A DNA stretch of 30,290 bases from a virus (Duplodnaviria > Heunggongvirae > Uroviricota > Caudoviricetes): IMG/VR virus record IMGVR_UViG_3300036860_000563, positions 64,001 to 94,290 of that record. One strand, written 5' to 3'. The notes beneath the pieces were generated by a model. The model was given only the letters and a program-made list of their open reading frames with translations. It did no database searches and had not been told where the DNA came from. The translations under genes were made by a program, and so were the position numbers. Positions 1 to 8,866 of the stretch are shown one piece after another (positions within the stretch are counted from its first letter, which is position 1; each line of letters begins with the position of its first letter).

Positions 1-606
1 GTCTCACCGAGCGCCGGCGTCGGAGCCGTCTCACTCACCGTCAACGGAGCGACGACTAAGTCCTCGCCGAGTGCCGGGGTGGCCCCCGTCGCGCTCACAG
101 TGAGTGGCGCCACCGCGACCGTGGCCGCACACGCCCAGAACGTTACGCTCGCGGTGGTCGGCCAGAGCGCGACACCGACGATCGCACCACACGCTGACTC
201 TGTGTCTGTGGTGTTCACCGCGCTCAACGCCACCGTCAACGCGTCCACACCTGGCACAGCGTTCGCCGATCTCGTAACGCTCACCCTGGTGGCCCAGCCG
301 GCCGCAACTACCGTCGTCACCAGCGGGGGAGTCACGGCCGTCACCGTCGCTGGACAACCGGCAACGGTGACGACGACTGTGACGAGCAGCGCCGGTGCCG
401 CGAGCGTCGCGCTGAGCGCGCAACCCGCCACCGTCGTCACACTCGTGAGCGCGAGTGCGAGTGTCGCTACAATGAGTGTGGCTGGGTTAGTCGCCACGGC
501 CCGAACCGTGGTGAACCCCGGTGTCGCACCACTCACTCTCGTCGCGCTCGGCGCCTCCGGTTCCACGGGTGGTGCGGGTCGTCAACGGTGGGGAATCTCA
601 CTGTGA
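1..606 (+). CDS. 5'-truncated Thr/Val/Ala/Ser-rich repetitive virion protein (decoration or fibre-like)
   Basis: Frame 1 is open from base 1 (VSPSAGVGAVSLTVNGATT...) to TGA 604-606. It has a recurring 'V.LT(V/L).(G/A)Q.AT' beta-strand-like pattern and lies just upstream of the head-tail genes. Confidence 0.55.
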   Translation, partial: VSPSAGVGAVSLTVNGATTKSSPSAGVAPVALTVSGATATVAAHAQNVTLAVVGQSATPTIAPHADSVSVVFTALNATVNASTPGTAFADLVTLTLVAQPAATTVVTSGGVTAVTVAGQPATVTTTVTSSAGAASVALSAQPATVVTLVSASASVATMSVAGLVATARTVVNPGVAPLTLVALGASGSTGGAGRQRWGISL

Positions 607-664
607 TGTGTTGGTAGAATCTACGCAACCGCACCACGCACCGTGAAGGGGTGGTGATGACCCA

Positions 665-1771
665 GTGACAACGATCGTAAGTGGCACCACGGAGAACCTC
701 ATCGTCGAGTGGTTCGAGTTCGCCGGTGGCCCGGCCTCCAACGTCGTGGGCGTCACCGTGACGATCACTCCGATCGCCGGTGGTCTAGCGATCATCGGAC
801 CGACGAGCGTCGGCGTCACTAACCCAGCGATAGGCGTCGACGTATACCCGTGGGCGGTGCCGCTGGGTCAGGCCGCCGGCGACTACCTCGTCACGTGGGA
901 CGGTACCGACCCGGAGAGTGATCTCGTCACGGCGAGTGAGATCGTCACCGTCGTCTCTGGGTTAATGACCAGCCCGGTCGGCCCCTGCGGTGAGTGGACA
1001 CCGACGTGGACGTGTGCGCTGCCACTGGGAGCCACGGCCGTCACCGGCGCGGCGGTTCAGGTGGCCACCGAGGTACTCTACGCCCTCTCTGGTCGTCGTT
1101 TTGGGCTCTGTACGGTAACCCTACGACCGTGTCGTCGTGTGTGCTATGGGGACACCTGGCCGGGGATGTGGACGGAGTTCACGAGCGCGCTCGGTGGCCT
1201 GACGTCCGCGCTGATCGGGGGACTGTGGTACAACCTCTGTGGTGCGAGCTGCGCGAGTGGTTGCTCGTGTGCACCGATCTCTGAGGTGGTGTTTCCGAGG
1301 CCGATACATGATGTGATCAACGTCCGGGTCGACGGCGTGACGCTCGTGAAGGACGTAGACTACCGGCTCGACGACTTCCGACGACTCGTCCGGTTGGGTG
1401 GTCACACCTGGCCGTGGTGCAACGACCTCAACCTCGCGGACACCCAGGTAGGTACGTGGTCTGTGACCGCACGGCTCGGTGAGGACGTGCCGCCGCTGGG
1501 TAGTGTGGCACTGGGTGTGCTCGCGACCGAGCTCACGAAGTTACTTATGTGTGACGTGACGTGTGCGTTGCCACAGCCGGTGCAGTCGATCGCACGGCAG
1601 GGTGTCAACATCACCTTCCTCGATCCTAACGAGGTGTTCGCGAGTGGACGCACCGGGCTCTACGTGCCCGACCTGTTCATCCAGACGTACAACCCAGCGG
1701 GACTCGCACGCTCTGCACGGGTGTATGACGTCGACGCTTATGACATGATACGCTCCCTCGGGACTGGGTGA
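665..1771 (+). CDS. Head-to-tail adaptor with N-terminal Ig-like domain
   Basis: The Cys-rich segment 'EVLYALSGRRFGLCTVTLRPCRRVC', 'GQVSITRQGV'-like 'QSIARQGVNITFLD' and the terminal 'TG...DLFIQTYNP' are typical of actinophage adaptors. The first ~100 aa are an all-beta 'YxWxVP...GDYLVTW' domain. Confidence 0.7.
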   Translation: MTTIVSGTTENLIVEWFEFAGGPASNVVGVTVTITPIAGGLAIIGPTSVGVTNPAIGVDVYPWAVPLGQAAGDYLVTWDGTDPESDLVTASEIVTVVSGLMTSPVGPCGEWTPTWTCALPLGATAVTGAAVQVATEVLYALSGRRFGLCTVTLRPCRRVCYGDTWPGMWTEFTSALGGLTSALIGGLWYNLCGASCASGCSCAPISEVVFPRPIHDVINVRVDGVTLVKDVDYRLDDFRRLVRLGGHTWPWCNDLNLADTQVGTWSVTARLGEDVPPLGSVALGVLATELTKLLMCDVTCALPQPVQSIARQGVNITFLDPNEVFASGRTGLYVPDLFIQTYNPAGLARSARVYDVDAYDMIRSLGTG

Positions 1772-1786
1772 GGAGGGCGACACACC

Positions 1787-2320
1787 GTGTCGATGCTGAC
1801 GTTCTCACCGATCGCGCTCGGTGTCGTCGTGACGGGTGTGGGTCAAGCGGTGCGTGACGAGCTCATCACGAGTGGCGGTGGTGACGTTAACCGCGTGTGT
1901 CTCGCGGTACCGGGAGAGATCGCGTGGGACGCGTGTGAGTGCGGGCAGCTCGCACAGAGCATCACGGCCACCACCCCGTCCATCATCTTTCCCACACCGG
2001 CCACGGACCAGCGAGTCACGGCGTGTGGACCGGCACTCGTCGTCGTCAACGTCATCCTGTCGGTGACGCGCTGTGTCACCGTGATGACGCCGAACAGCGC
2101 GCAGTCACCAGCGTGTGACGTCCTGCTAGGTGAGGCTCTCACGCTCGAGCGTGATCGATACGCCGTCGCCAGGGGTGTGACGTGTTACCTGCGCCAGCTC
2201 AAGGAGAACTTTGTCATCACGGACTACGCGGTTGGTGGCACGACGAGCGTTGGTCCAGCGGGCGGTTGTGCGGGCGTTCAACTTACGTATCAGTTCGGGG
2301 TGCTCAACGTCTGCTGTTAG
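1787..2320 (+). CDS. Putative head-tail joining / tail terminator-like protein
   Basis: An SD (GAGGAGG) lies upstream. It has the 'PGEIAWDACECGQLA' motif seen in actinophage neck proteins and sits between the adaptor and the gp10-like gene. Confidence 0.45.
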   Translation: MSMLTFSPIALGVVVTGVGQAVRDELITSGGGDVNRVCLAVPGEIAWDACECGQLAQSITATTPSIIFPTPATDQRVTACGPALVVVNVILSVTRCVTVMTPNSAQSPACDVLLGEALTLERDRYAVARGVTCYLRQLKENFVITDYAVGGTTSVGPAGGCAGVQLTYQFGVLNVCC

Positions 2321-2330
2321 GTGATCTTAA

Positions 2331-2735
2331 GTGATCGATGAAACCGGACTTCACGCACGGCTCGTCGCTAAGCAGGCAAAGGACCTGCTAAAGCGGGGTT
2401 ATCACGTGCAAGCGCGAGCGCGACAACTTCTCGGTGGTGGAACACCGGGACATCCACGGCGTGTTGACACGGGTGATCTACGTTCGAGTGTGCAGGTGCA
2501 GCTCACCACGTACCGCGGTCAACCCGCCGTTCGCGTGGGATCCAACCGACAGAAGGCCCGCTGGGTTCACGAGGGGACCGGGATCTACGGTCCGCGTCGC
2601 GCGCTCATCAAGCCAAAGCGCGCGAGAGCACTCGCGTTTACGACGAGGTCGGGTAAGAAGATCGTCGTACGCTCGGTGAGAGGCATGAGGCCGAATCACT
2701 TTCTCACCGACGCGCTACCGGCGGCGAGGAACTAA
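2331..2735 (+). CDS. HK97 gp10-like neck/tail-completion protein
   Basis: Motifs 'VDTGDLRSS', 'VGSN..KARWVHEGT' and 'V..MRPNHFLTDAL'; basic, 134 aa. Confidence 0.7.
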   Translation: MIDETGLHARLVAKQAKDLLKRGYHVQARARQLLGGGTPGHPRRVDTGDLRSSVQVQLTTYRGQPAVRVGSNRQKARWVHEGTGIYGPRRALIKPKRARALAFTTRSGKKIVVRSVRGMRPNHFLTDALPAARN

Positions 2736-2849
2736 GTGACATCACTCCCACCTCACCCTAAAGATCATGTTGACAACGTTGAGTGTCGATATGATGTTGG
2801 TGTGGTGTAGCGTAGACACCGGTAGGATAACACCGGGAGATGACGCACT

Positions 2850-3341
2850 ATGACGACAGTGTACAACTACCCCACGACCGGGGCGGCAACTGTTTCCTCG
2901 TCGGTGACGCTCTCGAGCGCGGATGACGAAGTTGATCTCGTTGACTTCTCGCTCGACGTTAAGCCCATCAAGTTCGCCGCGGACGGTGAGCGCTACGAGT
3001 GTCACCCCGCCCTGTCCGTTCCGATGATGCAGCAGATCGTGCAGCTCACCCGTGACGGCGTCGTTAAGATCGATGAGGCGAACATCGAGCACAGCGTGCG
3101 CGTGCTCACCGCGCTGTTCGGTGCGATCATGCTGCCTGACTCGGCCGAGCGCTTCAACGCACGGCTGACCGGTGAAGCGGGTAAGCCGCTCGACCTTCGA
3201 CGTCAGGTCGTACCGATCCTACAGCACATACTGGAGCGCTACGGTCTCCGCCCTACCGAGCCGTCGTCGGACTCTTCACCTGGGTCGGACGACGAGACAA
3301 CTGGCACCGCTTCGACGGTTGGTGCCTCCACCGAAGTGTAG
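2850..3341 (+). CDS. Tail assembly chaperone (gpG-like)
   Basis: It lies upstream of the tape measure gene and ends 'YGLRPT' followed by a Ser/Thr/Asp/Gly-rich tail, the usual actinophage TAC pattern. Confidence 0.75.
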   Translation: MTTVYNYPTTGAATVSSSVTLSSADDEVDLVDFSLDVKPIKFAADGERYECHPALSVPMMQQIVQLTRDGVVKIDEANIEHSVRVLTALFGAIMLPDSAERFNARLTGEAGKPLDLRRQVVPILQHILERYGLRPTEPSSDSSPGSDDETTGTASTVGASTEV

Positions 3342-3601
3342 ACCCACTGTCACTTCAGCCGGCACGCTTCCTTAACCTCGTGCATCACTACGTCCTACTG
3401 ACGTCGGAACTCGAGACGCACGACCAGCTCAACCGGGAGCTACTCGGCGCACCGACCGTGCGAGGCACCGCACCGGCGATCGTAGGTACGAGCGCCGTAA
3501 CACGCGGCGTGATGGAGGTTCGACCACCGTCGTGGTGGCGCGGTGATGAGCTCGCCGCGCGTGATAGTCTCGCGGCGTTTGCGGCGATGAAGCGTAGGTG
3601 A
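3251..3601 (+). CDS. -1 frameshifted extension of tail assembly chaperone (gpGT-like)
   Basis: The -1 frame is open from 3185 to TGA 3599-3601 and reads PYRAVVGLFTWVGRRDNWHRFDGWCLHRSVDPLSLQPARFLNLVHHY.... The candidate slip site is CGC-CCT-ACC (3249-3257) shifting to CCC-TAC. Confidence 0.7.
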   Translation, partial: PYRAVVGLFTWVGRRDNWHRFDGWCLHRSVDPLSLQPARFLNLVHHYVLLTSELETHDQLNRELLGAPTVRGTAPAIVGTSAVTRGVMEVRPPSWWRGDELAARDSLAAFAAMKRR

Positions 3602-3605
3602 TCGT

Positions 3606-6600
3606 GTGACGGAACCGCTCGACGTCGAGTACGTGGAGCTGCGCGCCAGCGGCACGCAGGACACGGTCGGTGACGTCAACGCGGCACTTAAGATCATTAT
3701 ACGTGAGATTAAGAAGGCCGCGCGCACCATCGAGCGGGAGCTGTCGAGCGCTGCGCGTGACGCCGGTGCGGCGCTGGCCGAGGACGTCGGTGCGGGTGCG
3801 CAGGTCGCGCAGTCCGAGGTTGACGACATGGCCGATCACATCGTCCGCGACATGAAGCGCGTTGAGCGTGAGGCACACGACGCGGCGCGTGCCGTCGCCG
3901 GCGTCGGGCTCGCGGCGAAACTGACCACCACGTTACGTGGTCTGGTGTCGCTCGGCGCCGGCTTCACGTCGATCGCACTCGTGAGTGTTAAGTTCACGGT
4001 GATACTGGCGGGACTCGCTGCGATCGTAGGCGCCGTGGCGGTGGCGGTGGTCGGGCTCACGTCCGCGGTGGCCGGTCTCGTGCCACTCGTGGGTGGACTC
4101 GTCGCCGCGCTCGGAACCGCGAGCGGTGTTCTCGTGGTGCTTCCCGGTGTTATCGCGACGCTCATCGGCGTCATCGCGACGCTGAAGGTGGGCCTACACG
4201 GCGTCGGTGACGCGCTCAAGGCGGTCGCATCCGGTGACGTGAACAAGCTCAATGAGGCGATCAAGGACCTCGCACCGAGCGCCCAGCAGTTCGTCCGGGT
4301 CGTCGCGTCATTGCAGGATGAGCTTAAGGCGCTGCGACTCGACGTACAGAACCGACTCTTCCGTGACGTCGGTGTGACGCTTAAGCTGCTGGCCGAGACG
4401 ACGTTGCCGTCCGTGCGAGAGGGCCTTGATCACATCGCTGACGCGCTCAACACCGTCGTCATCGAGGCCATCAACGAGCTAAACGTCGCGGTCAACCGGA
4501 CGCGACTTGATGAGATCTTCGTCAACATCGCGAAGACGGTGCGCAGCCTCGGTGTGGTGCTCGCCCCACTGGGTCGCGCGCTCATCGCCGTCATCGGTGT
4601 CGGCACGGGTGTCCTGGCCGACCTGACACTCGGGCTAGGCGAGAGCATCAGTAGCCTCGCGGATAAGATCACCGTGCTCGCCGAGACCGGCGAGCTGCGA
4701 CGGATCTTCGAGGACGGTCTGGTCGCGGCGGGGCAGTTCTTACACCTCGCCACCGACGTTCTCGGCATCATTCACGGCATCTTCACGGCGGCCGGTGGTG
4801 GCAACTCCGGCATCTTCTCGTTCTTTACGAGACTCAACGAACTCGTCAACCGACCCGACGTCCAGGCGTCGCTCAACCGCATCTTCGTCGCGCTCTCACA
4901 GCTCGGGCGAGAGCTGACGCCGGTGCTCGTCGCACTCGCGCGAGCGCTCGGCCCCGTCGCGCGTGCTCTCGTGGACGTCGCCGAGGCGTTCGCGCCAACT
5001 CTCATCACGTTAGTTACCGCGCTGGGCGACGCGCTCGCGTCACTCGCACCGGCGTTCATCGCGCTAGCACCGCTGGTGACGGTGCTCGCGAGCGGGTTGG
5101 TGCCACTCGCCGACGTTCTCGTCGGGTTGGTGACCGGCGCCGCACCCGGGTTGGCGGCGCTGCTCAACGGCATCGTCAGCGCGTTGCAGGTGCTCGCACC
5201 GGTCGCGTTCACGGTAGGCAGCGCGCTGGGTGAGGTCGCCGCGAGCATCGGACAGGCGCTCATACCCGTCGCACACATCATCGCCGACCTGCTCGTCGCG
5301 ATCGCGCCGAGCGCGGTGATACTCTTCGCCGCTCTCGCCGACGGGCTCGAACGGCTCGCACCCGTCGCACCGATCGTGGGTCAGGCGCTCGGAGCTTTAC
5401 TGAACGCACTCGCACCGTTGCTACCCGCCCTCGGCACAGCGCTCGCGAACGCGCTGACGATCGCGGCTGGGTTGCTCGCCGAGGTGTCCGACGTGCTCGG
5501 ACCGCTCGTCGGCCTGGTCTTCGACGCGTGGCGAGCGTTCGGAGAGCAACTCACACCGGTGTTGCTTAAGTTAATCAGCACCGCGCTGCCGGGTCTCGCG
5601 CAGCTCGCCGTGGACATCACGCAAGCGTTCGCACCGCTCATCCCGGTGCTGAGTGAGATCGCCCAGCAGTTCACGCAGGCGCTGCTGCCGGTCCTGCCAG
5701 GACTCGTCGTCATCGTGCAGGGAGCGCTGCTGCCCGCCGTGAAGTTACTCGCCGAGTCACTCGGGCGAGAGCTGCTGGACGCGTTAAGAGCGATCATGCC
5801 GTTCTTACCCACGCTCATCGACGCCGGTGTGCAGCTCGCGGTGACGTTCGCTCGGTTCTTCGTCGCGATCGCACCGCTGCTACCGCCGCTGATCCAGCTG
5901 TCCGCGCTGTTCACCGAGGTGCTGCTACACACCGGTGCGCTGCAGGCGGGCATGTTGATCCTCATCGGTGGGGTGGTGCTGCTGACGCTCGGGTTACGCC
6001 TGATAACGATCGTCATCTCCGCCGTCGTCACCAGTCTCAAGGTCATTGGTGGTGCCGTCGCGACGTTCGCGAGCGCGATCAGCGGCAGCTTCACCAACGC
6101 GGTGACGTTCATCGAGAACCTACCGGGAAAGATCGTCTCTGCGGTGGGCAACCTCGGTCACATCTTGTTCGACGCGGGTAAGTCCGTCGTGCGGGGGTTG
6201 ATCGACGGCATCAAGGACTCGCTTGGTGCGCTCAAGGACACGCTCGGCAACGTCGGCAAGTTCATCACCGATCACAAGGGTCCACGTGACGTCGACCGGC
6301 AGCTACTCACCCCGGCGGGTCACAGCATCATTGGTGGGCTCATCACCGGTATTCGTGACGCGCTACCCGGGTTACGGGATGAGCTGACGGGACTTACGGC
6401 GAGTGTGCCACTACTACTCAACGCCACCGGTGTAGGAAACGGCGTTGGAAGCGGTGGCGCGAGTACGGGTGGTGGGCAGACGATAACGGTCAACGTCGGT
6501 AACGTCTCGTTTGGTGGAGCACCAACACCGCAAGAAGCGCTCAAGGCCGGTGAGGCCGTGGGTCGTGGCATCGCGGCGGCACTCACCCAGCGGACACCAC

Positions 6601-6623
6601 CGACGCGGCTACGAACGATCTAA
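3606..6623 (+). CDS. Tape measure protein
   Basis: 1005 aa, Ala/Leu-rich amphipathic repeats (APL..ALG.AL), N-terminal 'VEYVELRA' and C-terminal 'TITVNVGNV'; follows the TAC. Confidence 0.9.
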   Translation: MTEPLDVEYVELRASGTQDTVGDVNAALKIIIREIKKAARTIERELSSAARDAGAALAEDVGAGAQVAQSEVDDMADHIVRDMKRVEREAHDAARAVAGVGLAAKLTTTLRGLVSLGAGFTSIALVSVKFTVILAGLAAIVGAVAVAVVGLTSAVAGLVPLVGGLVAALGTASGVLVVLPGVIATLIGVIATLKVGLHGVGDALKAVASGDVNKLNEAIKDLAPSAQQFVRVVASLQDELKALRLDVQNRLFRDVGVTLKLLAETTLPSVREGLDHIADALNTVVIEAINELNVAVNRTRLDEIFVNIAKTVRSLGVVLAPLGRALIAVIGVGTGVLADLTLGLGESISSLADKITVLAETGELRRIFEDGLVAAGQFLHLATDVLGIIHGIFTAAGGGNSGIFSFFTRLNELVNRPDVQASLNRIFVALSQLGRELTPVLVALARALGPVARALVDVAEAFAPTLITLVTALGDALASLAPAFIALAPLVTVLASGLVPLADVLVGLVTGAAPGLAALLNGIVSALQVLAPVAFTVGSALGEVAASIGQALIPVAHIIADLLVAIAPSAVILFAALADGLERLAPVAPIVGQALGALLNALAPLLPALGTALANALTIAAGLLAEVSDVLGPLVGLVFDAWRAFGEQLTPVLLKLISTALPGLAQLAVDITQAFAPLIPVLSEIAQQFTQALLPVLPGLVVIVQGALLPAVKLLAESLGRELLDALRAIMPFLPTLIDAGVQLAVTFARFFVAIAPLLPPLIQLSALFTEVLLHTGALQAGMLILIGGVVLLTLGLRLITIVISAVVTSLKVIGGAVATFASAISGSFTNAVTFIENLPGKIVSAVGNLGHILFDAGKSVVRGLIDGIKDSLGALKDTLGNVGKFITDHKGPRDVDRQLLTPAGHSIIGGLITGIRDALPGLRDELTGLTASVPLLLNATGVGNGVGSGGASTGGGQTITVNVGNVSFGGAPTPQEALKAGEAVGRGIAAALTQRTPPTRLRTI

Positions 6624-6654
6624 TCACTCAAGTGACCGACGACCGGAGGAACTC

Positions 6655-7371
6655 GTGAGCCTCACCGCCGACCAGGGACTGATCATACCTAACTCGTCCG
6701 ACAACGACAACGTGCCGCTCTCCGTGTCGGATTACAACACCGGCGTTGAGTCACGGTTGGTGAAGCGATACGCGTCTGTGGCCGACCGAACGGCGCGCAA
6801 CGCGACGCCCACCGAGGGTGAGCTGTCGTACCTGCTGGACCTGAACCGGTTTGACTTCTACTCCGGTGCGGCGTGGACGACGCTGCAGTCATCACTCGTA
6901 GCGCAACCCATCACCGTCACGGTGAAGACGGCGACCGAGTCGGTCGTCAGCAGCACGACGATGCAGAACGACAACGACTTCTTCTTCTCGGCGGCCGCCA
7001 GCTCGACGTACAAGGTCGAGCTGGACCTGTTCATCAGCGGTCCCAACGGGTCATCCGTCGGTGAGATCCTGTGTCAGTGGACCGTGCCGACGAGCACCAC
7101 GTCCGACTTTGGAATCATGTCACAGGACTGGGGGCTGGCCAGCGGTGCGATCGGTTCCGTCAACCTGCAGGCCGGACACTCGACGGGCACCACCACGGCC
7201 ACGGTGCTACTGGGCACCTCGGTCTTTCAGTGCTACGCCCGGGTAAGCGCTGTGTTCCGCGTCGGTGGCACGGCCGGTACGATTCAGTTCCAGTGGGCAC
7301 AGAACACCAGCAACGCGACGGCGAGCAACATCCTGGAGGGTTCGAGTATGACGATCATCAAGGTCTCGTGA
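6655..7371 (+). CDS. Minor tail protein
   Basis: The start was re-called to GTG 6655 (SD GGAGGA at 6645-6650). It has the motif 'RYASVADRTARNATPTEGELSYL' and a C-terminal beta-sandwich ('QNDNDFFF...TYKVELDL...QFQWAQN'). Confidence 0.7.
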   Translation: MSLTADQGLIIPNSSDNDNVPLSVSDYNTGVESRLVKRYASVADRTARNATPTEGELSYLLDLNRFDFYSGAAWTTLQSSLVAQPITVTVKTATESVVSSTTMQNDNDFFFSAAASSTYKVELDLFISGPNGSSVGEILCQWTVPTSTTSDFGIMSQDWGLASGAIGSVNLQAGHSTGTTTATVLLGTSVFQCYARVSAVFRVGGTAGTIQFQWAQNTSNATASNILEGSSMTIIKVS

Positions 7372-7375
7372 CGAG

Positions 7376-8866
7376 ATGTCATCACTCGTAGCAACACCCG
7401 ACCTCGACAACGCCGCCGTCGCCGTCGTCATCGACGACGTCTACGCGCGTGACACGTTCACTCGCACGGTCTCCAACGGGTGGGGCACCGCCGACACCGG
7501 ACAGACCTGGACGATCATTGAAGGCACCGCGGCCGACTTCGCCGTCAACGGCACACTGGGCACGATGACACACAGCGCGACGAACGCGTCGCACAGCATC
7601 ATCCTCCCCCCGAGCCGGGTGGACGTGGACGTTCGCATCAACGTAGAGCACAACATCGGGAGTGTGGCCGGTGGTAACTTAGTCGCCTTCTTCGACTTCC
7701 GGATGATCGACATCAACAACCTGTATCGGTTGTACGTTCGGTGGAAGCCGGCGGGCGTCGCCACCGTCGAGCTGATAAAGTTGATCGCAGGCACCTCTAC
7801 GACGATCGCCGGTGAGACGGTGATCCCCGGTGTCACCGCTACGAGCTCACTCACAGTTCGAGTGCGGGTGACTGGGACCGTCATCACCGGTGTGCGACTG
7901 TTGGCGAACGCGTGGCTCTCAACACAGCCCGAGCCAGCGTGGCTGTTGAGTGCCGTTGACTTCACCTTCGGCGCTCTCGGTGACCTTCGAGTCGCGTCGT
8001 TCCGCGACACCGGCAACACCAACAACCCAACTGTGTTTCGGTTCGACAACCTCACCGTGGCGATACCGGAGCCGGTGCACGTGTCACGGGTATACCCGAA
8101 CGCCACCGAGGCCGAGGTGCTCGGTTCACCGTTTTACACCTCGGGTGGTCTCGCCGTGCTGTGGGACACGGTCATGCCACTCGACGTACCGGTGTTCTAC
8201 GTGGCTCGCGCGGACGGCTCAACTGTGATCAGCCTAACGTCAAACACGGTCACTGTGACCGGGCAGGGCGACGGTTGGTTGAGAGATCCTGAGCAACCCA
8301 TCTACGACGTGCACCTCGTGGACTGCTCACGCAGTTGTCCCATCACCGTCTCACTAGGTGTCGTCAGCCGGCAGGCCGAGCTTCAGGCACTCGACCCAGC
8401 GGCGCTCAGCTCGGCCAATGGCACGTTCCCGATCATCGACGCGGCGCGCTCTCGGACGGTGTCACAGACGCGCAAGGCGAGAAGTCTCGCGCTTCACATA
8501 CTTACGATGACACTCGCACAGGAGCAAGGTGTTGTGAACGTGCTCGCGTCGGGCCGTGTGTTGTTCTTGCAACTTGCTCACCTCTACGGTTGGGCGTACG
8601 ACAACTGGGCGTCGGACTACGTCGACGTCGGAGACGTGGTGGACGCACGAGTGGGAACACAGAACATGCTCTTACCGCAGCGAACGTGGTCACTACCACT
8701 GAGACTCGCGCGAGCACCCACCGTCACGTCCGGTCACCTAGCCGGTAACGGGATCGGAGTGAGTGGCACCACGTACGGCGACGGCACGGCGTCCGGTCGC
8801 ACGTATCAAGATCGCATTAACCTACCCAACACGTACCTAGACACGTCGCTCGGGGTGGGTCTCTAG
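7376..8866 (+). CDS. Distal-tail (Dit)-like minor tail protein with inserted lectin-like domain
   Basis: The segment 'DTFTRTVSNGWGTADTGQTW' ... 'FRFDNLTV' (ConA-like) is followed by 'LWDTVMPLDVPVFY', 'DGWLRDP' and 'R...WSLPL', characteristic of actinophage Dit-like proteins. Confidence 0.55.
   Translation: MSSLVATPDLDNAAVAVVIDDVYARDTFTRTVSNGWGTADTGQTWTIIEGTAADFAVNGTLGTMTHSATNASHSIILPPSRVDVDVRINVEHNIGSVAGGNLVAFFDFRMIDINNLYRLYVRWKPAGVATVELIKLIAGTSTTIAGETVIPGVTATSSLTVRVRVTGTVITGVRLLANAWLSTQPEPAWLLSAVDFTFGALGDLRVASFRDTGNTNNPTVFRFDNLTVAIPEPVHVSRVYPNATEAEVLGSPFYTSGGLAVLWDTVMPLDVPVFYVARADGSTVISLTSNTVTVTGQGDGWLRDPEQPIYDVHLVDCSRSCPITVSLGVVSRQAELQALDPAALSSANGTFPIIDAARSRTVSQTRKARSLALHILTMTLAQEQGVVNVLASGRVLFLQLAHLYGWAYDNWASDYVDVGDVVDARVGTQNMLLPQRTWSLPLRLARAPTVTSGHLAGNGIGVSGTTYGDGTASGRTYQDRINLPNTYLDTSLGVGL

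Noticed and set aside
2770-2795. TTGACA...TATGAT promoter upstream of the tail chaperone
   Set aside because: The spacer is only 14 nt, so it is not supportable as a sigma-A promoter, although the 114-nt intergenic gap may be regulatory.
2736-2849. Missing major tail protein as an anomaly
   Set aside because: In several actinophage layouts the major tail gene lies upstream of the adaptor, which would be outside this window.
3836-6586. Long antisense ORFs over the tape measure gene (and similar shadow ORFs elsewhere)
   Set aside because: These are expected shadows of high-GC codon usage, with no motifs and no start context.
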